DNA of 64,000 nucleotides from a virus. This document shows positions 43,809 through 53,267 of this stretch, in pieces. Each line of letters begins with the position of its first letter. Position 1 is the stretch's first letter. The stretch covers positions 1 through 64,000 of IMG/VR virus record IMGVR_UViG_3300046000_003154; one strand, written 5' to 3'. A model generated the notes under the pieces. It saw only the letters and a list, made by a program, of their open reading frames with translations, did not search any database and had not been told where the DNA came from. The position numbers and the translations under genes were made by a program.

Positions 43809-46201
43809 TATGTAAAAATTCTTTTCCATATAGAAAAATCATCATAATTTTTTTTATTATTTGATACGTTTTGTACTACCTTATTGTTATTATTAGTTGT
43901 ATTATTGATAATAATTGGAATTGATGGTTTTTGTTGTTGACGTTGTTCTGATGATATTGTATTTGATTCTATGGCAATTTGTGTACCAAAATTTGGTGTT
44001 AACGAAACTTCTGGTACAACAATCTTTTCTTCTTTAATGTCATTATTTTTATCATCTTTACCAGCAATTAAAGAAGGTTTTCCGGGATTGTTTGGATTAT
44101 CTGATACTGGTTGTGTTCCAGCTAATTGAACATGCCAATCTTCACCTTTAACTGGTCGTGTTAAACCAAATTTTTCTAACCATCCAGAAGATTTATTTTG
44201 TGTTCCAGCAAGAGTATTTAAACCATTAGCTTCTTTTGAATTAATATCAATGGCAAGACCAGAAGCATGTAAACTTCCTTTACCATTTCCTAACGGTGCT
44301 GATGGTTCTGCTACTTTTTCTTTTGTTAATTTAATGTCTGCATGATTTTCGGCTAATTTTGTGTCCCATAATTTTTTCTGTTCTTCATTTGTTCTCACAC
44401 CAGAAGTCGCAGTTAATTTTTTACCAGTTTCCTCTTTAAACGCTGAAGCCATTTTAGACACACGATCAGTTAAAGATTTCGAAATATCATTTAAATTAAC
44501 TCCAGCATTTTGTTTTGTTATTACAGTTGATAGTGATCCACCAACATTTGTAATATCACCAGATTTACCTTCTGTTTCTTTAGATGGTGGTAATGATGCT
44601 TTTGCTGTCATTATAGTAGGGGTTGTTGAATCACCACCAGATTTTATCAAAGCAACAATATCCTTTGATCGACCAGCTACTTGTTTATACCATTTAGATC
44701 CTTCAAGATTTTCAACAAGTTCTTTATTATTACCAGCAACTAATGATTTAACAAAATTGGGCCATTTTTTATACCAAGATGCTCCCATATTAAAGGTTAA
44801 ATCTATTAAAGCACCTTGAGTAGCTTTATTAGCATTTTTATAGCCGGGAATTTTCTCTGCTGCTTTTTTGTGTTCTTCAAAATCTTTAATAAACATAGCA
44901 TCAACTTCTGCCATTGTAAATTCACGATTATATTCAGGTGGTAATGATTTTCCATCCCCTATTAAGTGTCCAACACCAACCGTCCAAAGACCTAAACTAT
45001 CTTTATATGGAGTAGTGCGAACACCTTCATGTTTTTTAATCATGTCCATAATCCATTTGTCATCATTGCTTATATTTGGAATATTAGCTTCTTTTGATGG
45101 TGTTGTAGATGGAACCTTTACTTCTGGAGGTGTTCTTGTTGGAGTTTTAGAAACATAAACTTCTCCCCTAGCATCTGCTTCCTCTTTTTTCATTGTCTCT
45201 GTTTTGTTAGATAAACCTAATCTTTTTCGAATAATTTCATCATCACCAGTATATTGTTTTTCTTCTTGTTCTTTTTTAACACGCGCAGTTTCTGTTCTTT
45301 CTTTTTCTATTTCTTTGAAATATTCTTCATTTTGTATTTCTTGTCCCTTGATAGAATCAACACCACCAACAGCTTTTGTTAAACCACTTGTGTCTACATT
45401 TTGTTGTTTTTGTTTTGGTGTTTCTATGGGAACTTCTAATATCTTTTTCTTAACACCAACACCCATAAACTTTTTTAGCTCTCCAAATTTTTCTGTAAAT
45501 AAATCACCGAATCCAAAGAAATCCGCTACTGATTTCATGACTTCTTCAATAGCTTTTAAACCCCAATCAAAAAATTCTGAAACCATTTTTTTATCTATTA
45601 AACCAAAAGTAAAAAATTCAGTTATAGACCCAATACCAGCTTTTAATGCTTCCCAGATGCTTCCTGATTGTTGCCATTCTTCCCATGCTCCAGTTACACC
45701 TTCCCACAAAGATACCACTATCATTAATGGTAATGCTATTTTGCCTAATAATGATAGAATTTTTTTGGGGTTAAATATATTAATCAAACCATCAAACATT
45801 CCACTAGATTTTTTTTCTCCAATTTTACCTTTATCAATTTCTGATATCACTTTTGTGGGAGAAGTTGATGTTATTTTTTCATTTATTTTTTTAGTTGGAG
45901 AATCTGTTTCTGTTGCTGGTTTTCCACCTTTCATTATAACTAATTGAATAATATCTTCTTTGATTTTTTGAAGATCGTCAGAAAGTTTTGGAACCAACGC
46001 AGAAATATCAGAAACTTCTTTAAGATACTTTAGTGCTCCAGAAAAATCAACTTTTTCTTTAGGTTCTTCTTTCGGAGATTCATTTTGCGGTGATTCTTCG
46101 TGAGATTCAACGGGTTTAATTTCTTCTTTTTGTTCCTGAACAATAGAATTAATCTTTTGTTTAGGGTCTTGTAATACTTTTTTTCTAATTTTTTTTGCCA
46201 T
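43808..46201 (-). CDS. large transmembrane virion-associated peptidoglycan hydrolase: T4-lysozyme-like + peptidase M15 (VanY-like) domains
   Basis: MIKKHEGVRTTPYKDSLGLWTVGVGHL (T4-lysozyme/GH24-like) and GSLHASGLAIDIN (M15 SxHxxGxAxD); central TM helices; Lys/Glu/Pro-rich N-terminus. Confidence 0.6.
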   Translation of the reverse strand: MAKKIRKKVLQDPKQKINSIVQEQKEEIKPVESHEESPQNESPKEEPKEKVDFSGALKYLKEVSDISALVPKLSDDLQKIKEDIIQLVIMKGGKPATETDSPTKKINEKITSTSPTKVISEIDKGKIGEKKSSGMFDGLINIFNPKKILSLLGKIALPLMIVVSLWEGVTGAWEEWQQSGSIWEALKAGIGSITEFFTFGLIDKKMVSEFFDWGLKAIEEVMKSVADFFGFGDLFTEKFGELKKFMGVGVKKKILEVPIETPKQKQQNVDTSGLTKAVGGVDSIKGQEIQNEEYFKEIEKERTETARVKKEQEEKQYTGDDEIIRKRLGLSNKTETMKKEEADARGEVYVSKTPTRTPPEVKVPSTTPSKEANIPNISNDDKWIMDMIKKHEGVRTTPYKDSLGLWTVGVGHLIGDGKSLPPEYNREFTMAEVDAMFIKDFEEHKKAAEKIPGYKNANKATQGALIDLTFNMGASWYKKWPNFVKSLVAGNNKELVENLEGSKWYKQVAGRSKDIVALIKSGGDSTTPTIMTAKASLPPSKETEGKSGDITNVGGSLSTVITKQNAGVNLNDISKSLTDRVSKMASAFKEETGKKLTATSGVRTNEEQKKLWDTKLAENHADIKLTKEKVAEPSAPLGNGKGSLHASGLAIDINSKEANGLNTLAGTQNKSSGWLEKFGLTRPVKGEDWHVQLAGTQPVSDNPNNPGKPSLIAGKDDKNNDIKEEKIVVPEVSLTPNFGTQIAIESNTISSEQRQQQKPSIPIIINNTTNNNNKVVQNVSNNKKNYDDFSIWKRIFT

Positions 46202-46202
46202 A

Positions 46203-48620
46203 TTACATATTCTTTAATAAATCCATTAAATCTAAATCATAAACAGATGCTACATTTTTTTCTTGTCTTCCACTTGAAACAGAAGAGGAATTATTTACTG
46301 CATTATTTGTGAAACTTCCTTGATCGGCAGAAGCTTCCATTCTTTGACCTTCAGAGATATCAGACGATTCTTTTGATATCTCTGGACCAGATACACTAGT
46401 CACACTTGGTTGTAATTCTGGGGTTGCGTCATTAGAAGCAGATTCAACAGGAGAAATTGATGGAGTACCAGAAGCAGATTCAACAGGAGAAATTGATGGA
46501 GTACCAGAAGCAGATTCAACAGGAGAAATTGATGGAGTACCAGAAGCAGATTCAATGCCACTAGATGGTGCTACAGCGGTTGGAGAAGCTTCAGTTGGTG
46601 TAGTACTACCAGAATCTGATTTAGACGCTCTAGTGTCGTTTAAATCGGTCTTTGTTAACCCTTCTGCTTGAGTTGGTTTACTTTCTGTGTTTGTTTCTGG
46701 TAATGTTTTATCTTCTTTTGTTATATTTTTTGGTGTATTATCTTTTGGTTTTTCTTCTGTCTCTATCTTCTTAGGTTCAGATTCATTTTTAATTTTATTT
46801 TTTATGAATGGATCTTGTTCTAATTTTTTAACTTGTTTTGTTTTTTCTTCAATATTAGGCTTATATTTTTCGTCAATTGCCAATAGTTCTGCTGGATAGT
46901 CTTTTGATTTAGGATCATCACTAACACCTTCTGGGAATCTTTGTTTGTCGCTATCTAAAATAGATAATATTTTACCTTTCTCAGATTTATATTCTTGAAG
47001 ATTATTATTTAAATCTAATTTTGTACTCTTGTATGTTTCATACGTTTTCTCTCCTTGTTCTTTGTCTACAACCTCTTTAGAAGGTGTGACTTGTTCTGGA
47101 GATGTTGAATCTTTTTTAGATGTTGTTTCAGAAGGTTTTTCTGTGTTTATTTTATTTTCTTTTTCTATAACCTTTTCTGTATCTTTTTTATCTTCTGTTA
47201 CACGTTTGGTTTTTTCATTATCATTACGTTCATTCGTATAACTTTCAAAACTAGTCTTCATCCCTTTTGCTGTGTCTTTGAATGGATAATAAGGACCAAT
47301 AGTACCTAACTTCCAAGGACCAATGCTTATGTCTCCACCTAATGCTTTTGGAAGAGGTATTACCATTCCCGGAATAGTTGGAAGTTTTATTTCTGGTATA
47401 CCTACATTTTCACCAATCCATTCCATAATACCCATCAAGGCATTTCCAACAGTATCTATAATTGGATTAAGAAAATCTTGAACGGTTTTAAACATTTTCT
47501 TAACAGAATCTTCCCCAAATAAACCAAATGTTAAAAAATCTAAAATAGCGCCAAGACCAGCAAAAATAGCATCCTTTAAGTCGCCAGTTTCTTTCCATCG
47601 TTCAAAGCCAGCAGTAATGCCTTTAAATAAAGATATTAAAACTGTTCCAATTAAAAAAATCTTACCGAATAGTTTTAATATAGCTCCGGGATTGAATAAT
47701 GTTTTAATAGCATTAACGAATCCACCAGAAAACATTCCTATGATTGTGTCTAATATCCCACCACCAGAACTTTCTTTTTTAACATTAGTTACTGGTGTCA
47801 CTTTTTGTTCTTTTGGTTTTATTCTTGCTGTTTCAGATGCTGTTTCTACTTTATCATTTTCACTAAATGAAGCCTTTGCTATTTCTTCTGTTTTTTCTTG
47901 TTTTAATTTTTCTGCTTCTTTTTTCTTATCTTCCTCTACACCAACTAACTGATTTATATTTTGTTTAACCACATTCAAATCATCAGCTATTTTAATAAAT
48001 GAAGCGAAATTACTAGAAATAGTTTTTAACAATCCACTAAAATTATTTAAATCACCACCAGTTTCTTTATTTTCTTTAACAGCTTCTTCTTGGGTTTCTA
48101 TTTCATTTTTTCTTTGTTTTTTGATTGATCTTCCACGCATATAAGAAGAAAACAAATCATCACCAGAAAAGAAATCTCTGTACACTTTACGCCCAAGTTT
48201 TTTGATATTTTTTGGAGCATTTAATGGATTTATACTATCTTTAATTGTTTTGGCTTTAACATCAATAGCACCACCAAAAGATTCACCAATTCCACCACCA
48301 TGAGATAATCTATTTGATATATCGGAATGTAAATCTTTTGATGATGGAGCAAGTTTATGTTTTAAAGCACGAACATCAGAAAATCCTAATTCTTGAGCCA
48401 ATCTTTTAGCTAGTTCACCATCAACTGAAACTTTTCTTTTCTTTTTTGTTTCTTTTACAGGTTCTTTAGTTGACGGTTCTTCTTTGGGAATTTCTTTAGG
48501 AGACTCTTGAATAGGAGGATTCACCTGAGTTTCAACAGGTTTAATTTCTTCCTCTTTTTTTTCTTCTGGTGGTTTGTTGGCAGGGTTTAGATATCTGCCT
48601 TTATTTTTTTTAGTTGCCAT
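46203..48620 (-). CDS. paralog of the 797-aa protein (shared N-terminus and TM core), enzymatic domains not recognised
   Basis: N-terminal KKxxK...ESPKEIPKE and TM block LKLFGKIFLIGTVLISLFKGITAGFERWKETG parallel the 797-aa protein; 3 x ESASGTPSISPV. Confidence 0.5.
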   Translation of the reverse strand: MATKKNKGRYLNPANKPPEEKKEEEIKPVETQVNPPIQESPKEIPKEEPSTKEPVKETKKKRKVSVDGELAKRLAQELGFSDVRALKHKLAPSSKDLHSDISNRLSHGGGIGESFGGAIDVKAKTIKDSINPLNAPKNIKKLGRKVYRDFFSGDDLFSSYMRGRSIKKQRKNEIETQEEAVKENKETGGDLNNFSGLLKTISSNFASFIKIADDLNVVKQNINQLVGVEEDKKKEAEKLKQEKTEEIAKASFSENDKVETASETARIKPKEQKVTPVTNVKKESSGGGILDTIIGMFSGGFVNAIKTLFNPGAILKLFGKIFLIGTVLISLFKGITAGFERWKETGDLKDAIFAGLGAILDFLTFGLFGEDSVKKMFKTVQDFLNPIIDTVGNALMGIMEWIGENVGIPEIKLPTIPGMVIPLPKALGGDISIGPWKLGTIGPYYPFKDTAKGMKTSFESYTNERNDNEKTKRVTEDKKDTEKVIEKENKINTEKPSETTSKKDSTSPEQVTPSKEVVDKEQGEKTYETYKSTKLDLNNNLQEYKSEKGKILSILDSDKQRFPEGVSDDPKSKDYPAELLAIDEKYKPNIEEKTKQVKKLEQDPFIKNKIKNESEPKKIETEEKPKDNTPKNITKEDKTLPETNTESKPTQAEGLTKTDLNDTRASKSDSGSTTPTEASPTAVAPSSGIESASGTPSISPVESASGTPSISPVESASGTPSISPVESASNDATPELQPSVTSVSGPEISKESSDISEGQRMEASADQGSFTNNAVNNSSSVSSGRQEKNVASVYDLDLMDLLKNM
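46435..46556 (-). repeat. 3.4 x 36-bp perfect tandem repeat inside CDS
   Basis: agaagcagattcaacaggagaaattgatggagtacc x3 + partial copy. Confidence 0.8.
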
Positions 48621-48810
48621 CGTTATTTCTTAGATTGTTTTTGTAATCTTATGCGCTCTTTTTCTTCCCTTAAATAATTAACTAACAAAGAAACATAAAT
48701 GCTTCTTTCCCAAGGTAACATTTCTTCAAGTTCAGACAAACTATATTTGTGATGTTGCATCATCGCAAAGTTTGTCTGATAATAATTACTCAAGGTATCA
48801 TAACGAAGGA

Positions 48811-49545
48811 CTATACGAAAAAATTTTGAAGACCCTTTACTACAATGTCTTCTTCATATCCACATTTTGGACATTTAAAATGTAGAAGTTTTTTAATCTC
48901 AGGAACAGTCTCAAAGAATGTTTTGATTTTTTCTAGGTCTTTTTGTTGAAGATTATCGATAAATTCTTGGAGTTCTTCCTTAGTGTTATCTTTGGAATAG
49001 TAAATATTATCTTTATCATAGATGTAATCGATACAATCAACAAGAACTTCCAACATGACTTTTTCTTTTGTCATATTTTCATACTTTTCAACAAGTTCAA
49101 TTGTTGGGTACTTCATACAAATACCAAGATTCTCTGTGATTTTGATTTTGTTTGTGTGTGTTGGATTCTTTGTTGGTTCGATTTCCATAAGATTTAAATC
49201 AAACTCAACAACACCTTTACACTGAACTTCAATACCTTCTTCATTTGCAAGTTTGTTGTTGCATTTATATTTTAATTGTACAATTTCTTCAACAGATTTT
49301 GCACGAAGATGTAAGAAAATCCACTCCAATTCAAATGTTGGAAGATTGTCTACATCAACATCATCAAGAATACAATTTCTTAATACTTGTCTAATTGTTT
49401 TTAATGTGTCAACTTGGTCATTAGACTCAGATGCCATTAGAAATAGTTTTTGTTCTTTCACTAAGAATGGACGATATCTAATAGTTTTACCTGTAGAAAT
49501 CAACTTAATCTCATAAATCGGAACGTCTAAACGTGGAAGCTTCAT
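48811..49545 (-). CDS. hypothetical virion-module protein with C-terminal zinc ribbon
   Basis: 244-aa ORF; C-terminal FKCPKCGYEED. Confidence 0.4.
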   Translation of the reverse strand: MKLPRLDVPIYEIKLISTGKTIRYRPFLVKEQKLFLMASESNDQVDTLKTIRQVLRNCILDDVDVDNLPTFELEWIFLHLRAKSVEEIVQLKYKCNNKLANEEGIEVQCKGVVEFDLNLMEIEPTKNPTHTNKIKITENLGICMKYPTIELVEKYENMTKEKVMLEVLVDCIDYIYDKDNIYYSKDNTKEELQEFIDNLQQKDLEKIKTFFETVPEIKKLLHFKCPKCGYEEDIVVKGLQNFFV

Positions 49546-49568
49546 AATTAATCCTTATAATAAAAAAT

Positions 49569-50312
49569 TTAACCTAATGGTAAAGTTCTAGCTGCCGCAG
49601 TACCAGCTAACATAGCAGCAGCAGCACCAGCATCATATTTACCTTTATATATTGTCCTAAAACTTTGATATGCAAATTGTACTTGTAATCTATGGAAGTC
49701 ATTAGACCCCCAATTCAAAGCTTGTGCAGCAATACCAATTGGAAATGCATCAATTAACTCAACAGCATAAATCTGTTTGATGAAATCGTCATACTGTATA
49801 ACAGTAATATTTGTCATATATCCACCGTTTATATTTGAACCATCTCCTTTTGGAAATCTTAAATTATTTGTGTCAGTAGGAGAAATGCATTCCATCCAAC
49901 GATCAAATAACTTTCTTTCTTCAAATTGATTAGTACATAAAAACGTTAAATCCATAGGTTGGTAAGCAACCCTATAAGGAACCTTAAAAGATGGTCCATA
50001 TATTCTAACGTCAGCGGTCTGAAGATCTTTACCGGGTAATGAGGCATTTTCGCATTGAAGGGCTAAATACCTTGACATTTCTGCTGTTGTTGTATTATTA
50101 TTTCCAGCACTAGCACCCAAGGCATTGTTGATAGCACCACTTATATCACTAAAGATAGAATTTGGAAGATTTAAAATAGTATTTAAAACTGAATTGGAAA
50201 TAAAACTATTAACGTAATTTGGTATTGGTAGTATAATTTCAAAACGACTTGGTTTTGCAAGCCCATCCTTTGATCTTATATTAGCTAAAAAAATATTTGG
50301 TGAGAATGACAT
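49569..50312 (-). CDS. tail-tube-family protein (gp19/gp3-like)
   Basis: ORF trimmed to internal Met (MSFSPN); RFEIILPIP ... MDLTFLCTNQFEER ... FDRWMECIS pattern resembles T4 gp19 (LFQVEISYLGQN ... DDWTVTVMNDE ... VDWQS) as recalled from memory. Confidence 0.35.
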   Translation of the reverse strand: MSFSPNIFLANIRSKDGLAKPSRFEIILPIPNYVNSFISNSVLNTILNLPNSIFSDISGAINNALGASAGNNNTTTAEMSRYLALQCENASLPGKDLQTADVRIYGPSFKVPYRVAYQPMDLTFLCTNQFEERKLFDRWMECISPTDTNNLRFPKGDGSNINGGYMTNITVIQYDDFIKQIYAVELIDAFPIGIAAQALNWGSNDFHRLQVQFAYQSFRTIYKGKYDAGAAAAMLAGTAAARTLPLG

Positions 50313-50313
50313 A

Positions 50314-50964
50314 TTAGAATTTCTTTTTAGAATCTGCCCAAACTTTAACTTGAGAATGTTTCTTAAATTGTTGGAATGGTAGAGTGCATACAATATCCCA
50401 TTCGTCAGCAGATATTGGTAAAAATTTAGATCGCACATGATTAAAAAGATAATGTTTAATACATGGGGTTGCTTCAAATAAACTTTTATAATTTTTTAAA
50501 ACAGCATATGTCATTTTTAACTTTGTTGTTTTATCATAATTTTTATTTGTTAATTTGTTAATAGAATCTATTTTATCCAATAATTCCATTCTATATTTTG
50601 GGTGTATATAATGGAGATTCAATCCCAAAAATCCGGGTTCTTTTTTTGAAGCGGATTTTGATGATGGCATAAAATCAAGAGGGATTATCAATGGGAATGT
50701 GTCATAATATGGTAAAACATCTTTTGTTTTTGGGTCATAAAAATAGAAATACATCTTTGTTTCGCCAGAAGATAATTCACGAAGAAATTCAGCAGAAGAC
50801 ATTGACAATTTTGATTGGTTGACAAATGCCTTTTTAGCTCCACCGGGCATATTAACTTCTTTAACTTTTTTTCGTAACCATTCTCTAGATGCATTTGTAC
50901 GTGCAACCATTCCCTCTTTTGCGAGTTCGTCTTTAATTCTGTCTAATAATCTTTTATTTGCCAT
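50314..50964 (-). CDS. hypothetical virion-module protein
   Basis: 216-aa ORF immediately upstream of the tail-tube-like gene. Confidence 0.4.
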   Translation of the reverse strand: MANKRLLDRIKDELAKEGMVARTNASREWLRKKVKEVNMPGGAKKAFVNQSKLSMSSAEFLRELSSGETKMYFYFYDPKTKDVLPYYDTFPLIIPLDFMPSSKSASKKEPGFLGLNLHYIHPKYRMELLDKIDSINKLTNKNYDKTTKLKMTYAVLKNYKSLFEATPCIKHYLFNHVRSKFLPISADEWDIVCTLPFQQFKKHSQVKVWADSKKKF

Positions 50965-50978
50965 ATACTATTTAGGTC

Positions 50979-51410
50979 TTATATTCCTAAGTCTTTTTCT
51001 GTAATTAAACCAAACTTCCATCCTTGCTCCAGACAAAACAATTCTGCTGCTCTCCATTTTTCCTGATTAATAGCATAGGTAGCAGCTTCTTGAATGAACT
51101 TTTTTGTTCTTTTCTGTTGGGTTGGTTTTAGAGTTTGTTTATATGGTTTGACTTCCCACATATGAGTTGACTCTTTTCCAGTTTTGTCTTTAACTCTTAA
51201 AACAAAATCTGGATAATATTTGTGTATTTTGTTATCAACTGGTGACATATAACGAACAAATAATTCTTCTGAAGACCACCAAATAACATCTTTATGATCA
51301 TCAAGCCATTTCATAACTCTAAGTTCCCAATTTGAACGATATATTATGTTAGTTGAGTCACCATTATATTTTTTAGGTGATTTTGGTGTGAACGTTCCTT
51401 TATATGACAT
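50979..51410 (-). CDS. PD-(D/E)xK-like nuclease-fold protein (possibly gp4 head-completion-like)
   Basis: YRSNWELR ... YYPDFVL ... WEVKP (PD...EVK pattern); placed divergently next to the baseplate genes as gene 4 is in T4. Confidence 0.35.
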   Translation of the reverse strand: MSYKGTFTPKSPKKYNGDSTNIIYRSNWELRVMKWLDDHKDVIWWSSEELFVRYMSPVDNKIHKYYPDFVLRVKDKTGKESTHMWEVKPYKQTLKPTQQKRTKKFIQEAATYAINQEKWRAAELFCLEQGWKFGLITEKDLGI

Positions 51411-51453
51411 AAATAGTATATAGGTAATTTAATTAAGTTTATAAGAGGTATTT

Positions 51454-52626
51454 ATGTCACTGTTCGGTTTTGCTGATATTTCATTTGAAAAAGGAGCAAC
51501 TATTAGGGGTCCATTACAAAATTTAGTAATTAGTCCATACCCAAACACAACTTACAAATATCCTTCAGATATTGGGCAATATGACAAAGGTCATTACATG
51601 ATTTTCTATATTAGAAAACAATCAAAAACAAAATATGCCACACAAGATGGAAGTGAAGGTGCTATAAACAGTAGCCCCGGAGGGTTTCCAACAACTGGTG
51701 GAGTTGCTGTTCCTGCGGCTGGAGGTTTTGGTGGGTCTTTATTAAATAGTTTAGCATCTTCTATTAGTTCTGCTTTACCATCTGGAGTTTCTAGCTTAAT
51801 ATCAAGAATGACTAAATTACCATCTGCTGGTCAACAATCAACACAAACAGAAATTAGTAATTCTATTAAATCATTAACTGGCGGCAGTGTTCAAGCAATA
51901 AAGGTAACAAAATTATCACAAGATGCTATTGCTTTATATATGCCTGATACATTAATGTATTCTTATGATCAATCTTATGATAATGCGAATGTTGGTTCTG
52001 AATTAGGTGGAAAAATTGCTGGTGCTGGTATATCGGCAATGGAAGGGTATCAAAAAAATGGTGGGGCTGGTATTTTTGATTCTGTAGTAAAAACTGCTGT
52101 GTTGGAAGCTGGTCGTGCAGCATCAAATGGTACGGCATCGAATATTGCTGGTTCAAATTCTGCTAAATTGGGATTTCAAAAACTTACGGGACAAGTACAA
52201 AACCCAATGTTGGAAATGATCTATAGTTCACCGCAATTTAGAAAATTTACGTTTGAGTTTAAATTTTATCCAAGAGATTCTAAAGAAGCTTTACAGGTAC
52301 AAAACATTATTGGAAGATTTAGGTTTCACCAAGCACCAGAATTTGCCCAAGGATCATCAAAAGCATTCTTAGTACCACCATCAGAATTTGAAATTAGAAT
52401 GTATTATGGTGGACAAATAAATCCAAATTTACCATCATTTGCTACTTGTATTTTGACAAGCATTAATGTAGATTATGCTCCTGATGGTTTTAGTGCATAT
52501 GAATCACCAAACGAAGATCGTCCATCATTAGGTAAAACTGGTATGCCAGTTTGTATTGTAATGACATTAAATTTCCAAGAAACTACTTATTTAACAAAAG
52601 AAGATTTTTTGGGTTCAAATATATAA
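51454..52626 (+). CDS. baseplate tail-tube-fold protein (gp48/gp54-like)
   Basis: C-terminal FRKFTFEFKFYP ... EFEIRMYYGG ... PVCIVMTLNFQE alternating-hydrophobic pattern; Gly/Ser/Ala-rich central region. Confidence 0.35.
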   Translation: MSLFGFADISFEKGATIRGPLQNLVISPYPNTTYKYPSDIGQYDKGHYMIFYIRKQSKTKYATQDGSEGAINSSPGGFPTTGGVAVPAAGGFGGSLLNSLASSISSALPSGVSSLISRMTKLPSAGQQSTQTEISNSIKSLTGGSVQAIKVTKLSQDAIALYMPDTLMYSYDQSYDNANVGSELGGKIAGAGISAMEGYQKNGGAGIFDSVVKTAVLEAGRAASNGTASNIAGSNSAKLGFQKLTGQVQNPMLEMIYSSPQFRKFTFEFKFYPRDSKEALQVQNIIGRFRFHQAPEFAQGSSKAFLVPPSEFEIRMYYGGQINPNLPSFATCILTSINVDYAPDGFSAYESPNEDRPSLGKTGMPVCIVMTLNFQETTYLTKEDFLGSNI

Positions 52627-52637
52627 TAAGGTTAACA

Positions 52638-53267
52638 ATGGCTAAATATTTCAATTATTATCCAAAAACTTTTTATAGTAATCCATTTACAAAAAGTAAA
52701 GCACTTGATATTGTAACAAATATAACATCAAGATTTACTTTTCAACCACAATTAAAAGAAAATGCAGTAACATTTTATGAATATTCGGTGCAAGAAGGAG
52801 ACACACCAGAAATAATTGCTCATAAATATTATGGTCATTCAGAAAAACATTGGATAATATTATTATTTAATGATATTGTTGATCCACAATTTGATTGGCC
52901 TATGTCAGAAAGTTTATTAAATAGATATGTGGATAAAAAATATCAACATCTTGGTGGATTGTCATGGGCAAAAAATGTTAATAATATTCATTCATATTAT
53001 AAAATAATTACAACAAAACTTGATTATGATGGAACAGAGTTGGTAAATAAATTAAACATAACAGCACAAGAACATTATGTGACAGGAACATCAGTAATGA
53101 CATATTTATTACATGATGGGTATGGTATAACAGAGACTATCACAACAGAAACAATATCATATTTTGAATATGAACAGCAAGAAAATGAAGCTAAAAGAGT
53201 TATTAAATTACTAAAACCAGAATTTGTTGATATGGTCGAAGAACAATTAAAAGAGGTTTTTGTATAA
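52638..53267 (+). CDS. baseplate wedge protein with LysM-like motif (gp53-like)
   Basis: ORF trimmed to ATG 52638; YSVQEGDTPEIIAHKYYG (LysM-like); position before gp27/gp5-like genes. Confidence 0.35.
   Translation: MAKYFNYYPKTFYSNPFTKSKALDIVTNITSRFTFQPQLKENAVTFYEYSVQEGDTPEIIAHKYYGHSEKHWIILLFNDIVDPQFDWPMSESLLNRYVDKKYQHLGGLSWAKNVNNIHSYYKIITTKLDYDGTELVNKLNITAQEHYVTGTSVMTYLLHDGYGITETITTETISYFEYEQQENEAKRVIKLLKPEFVDMVEEQLKEVFV

Noticed and set aside
44361-45947. antisense ORFs inside the 797/805-aa genes (44361-44819, 44868-45158, 45204-45947, 46687-47952 series)
   Set aside because: Low-complexity Ser/Phe-rich translations of the opposite strand of Lys/Glu-rich genes; no independent signals.
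52551-52637. upstream extension of the gp53-like ORF (MYCNDIKFPRN...)
   Set aside because: Overlaps the end of the preceding gene by 76 nt; the ATG at 52638 with a better-spaced start was preferred.
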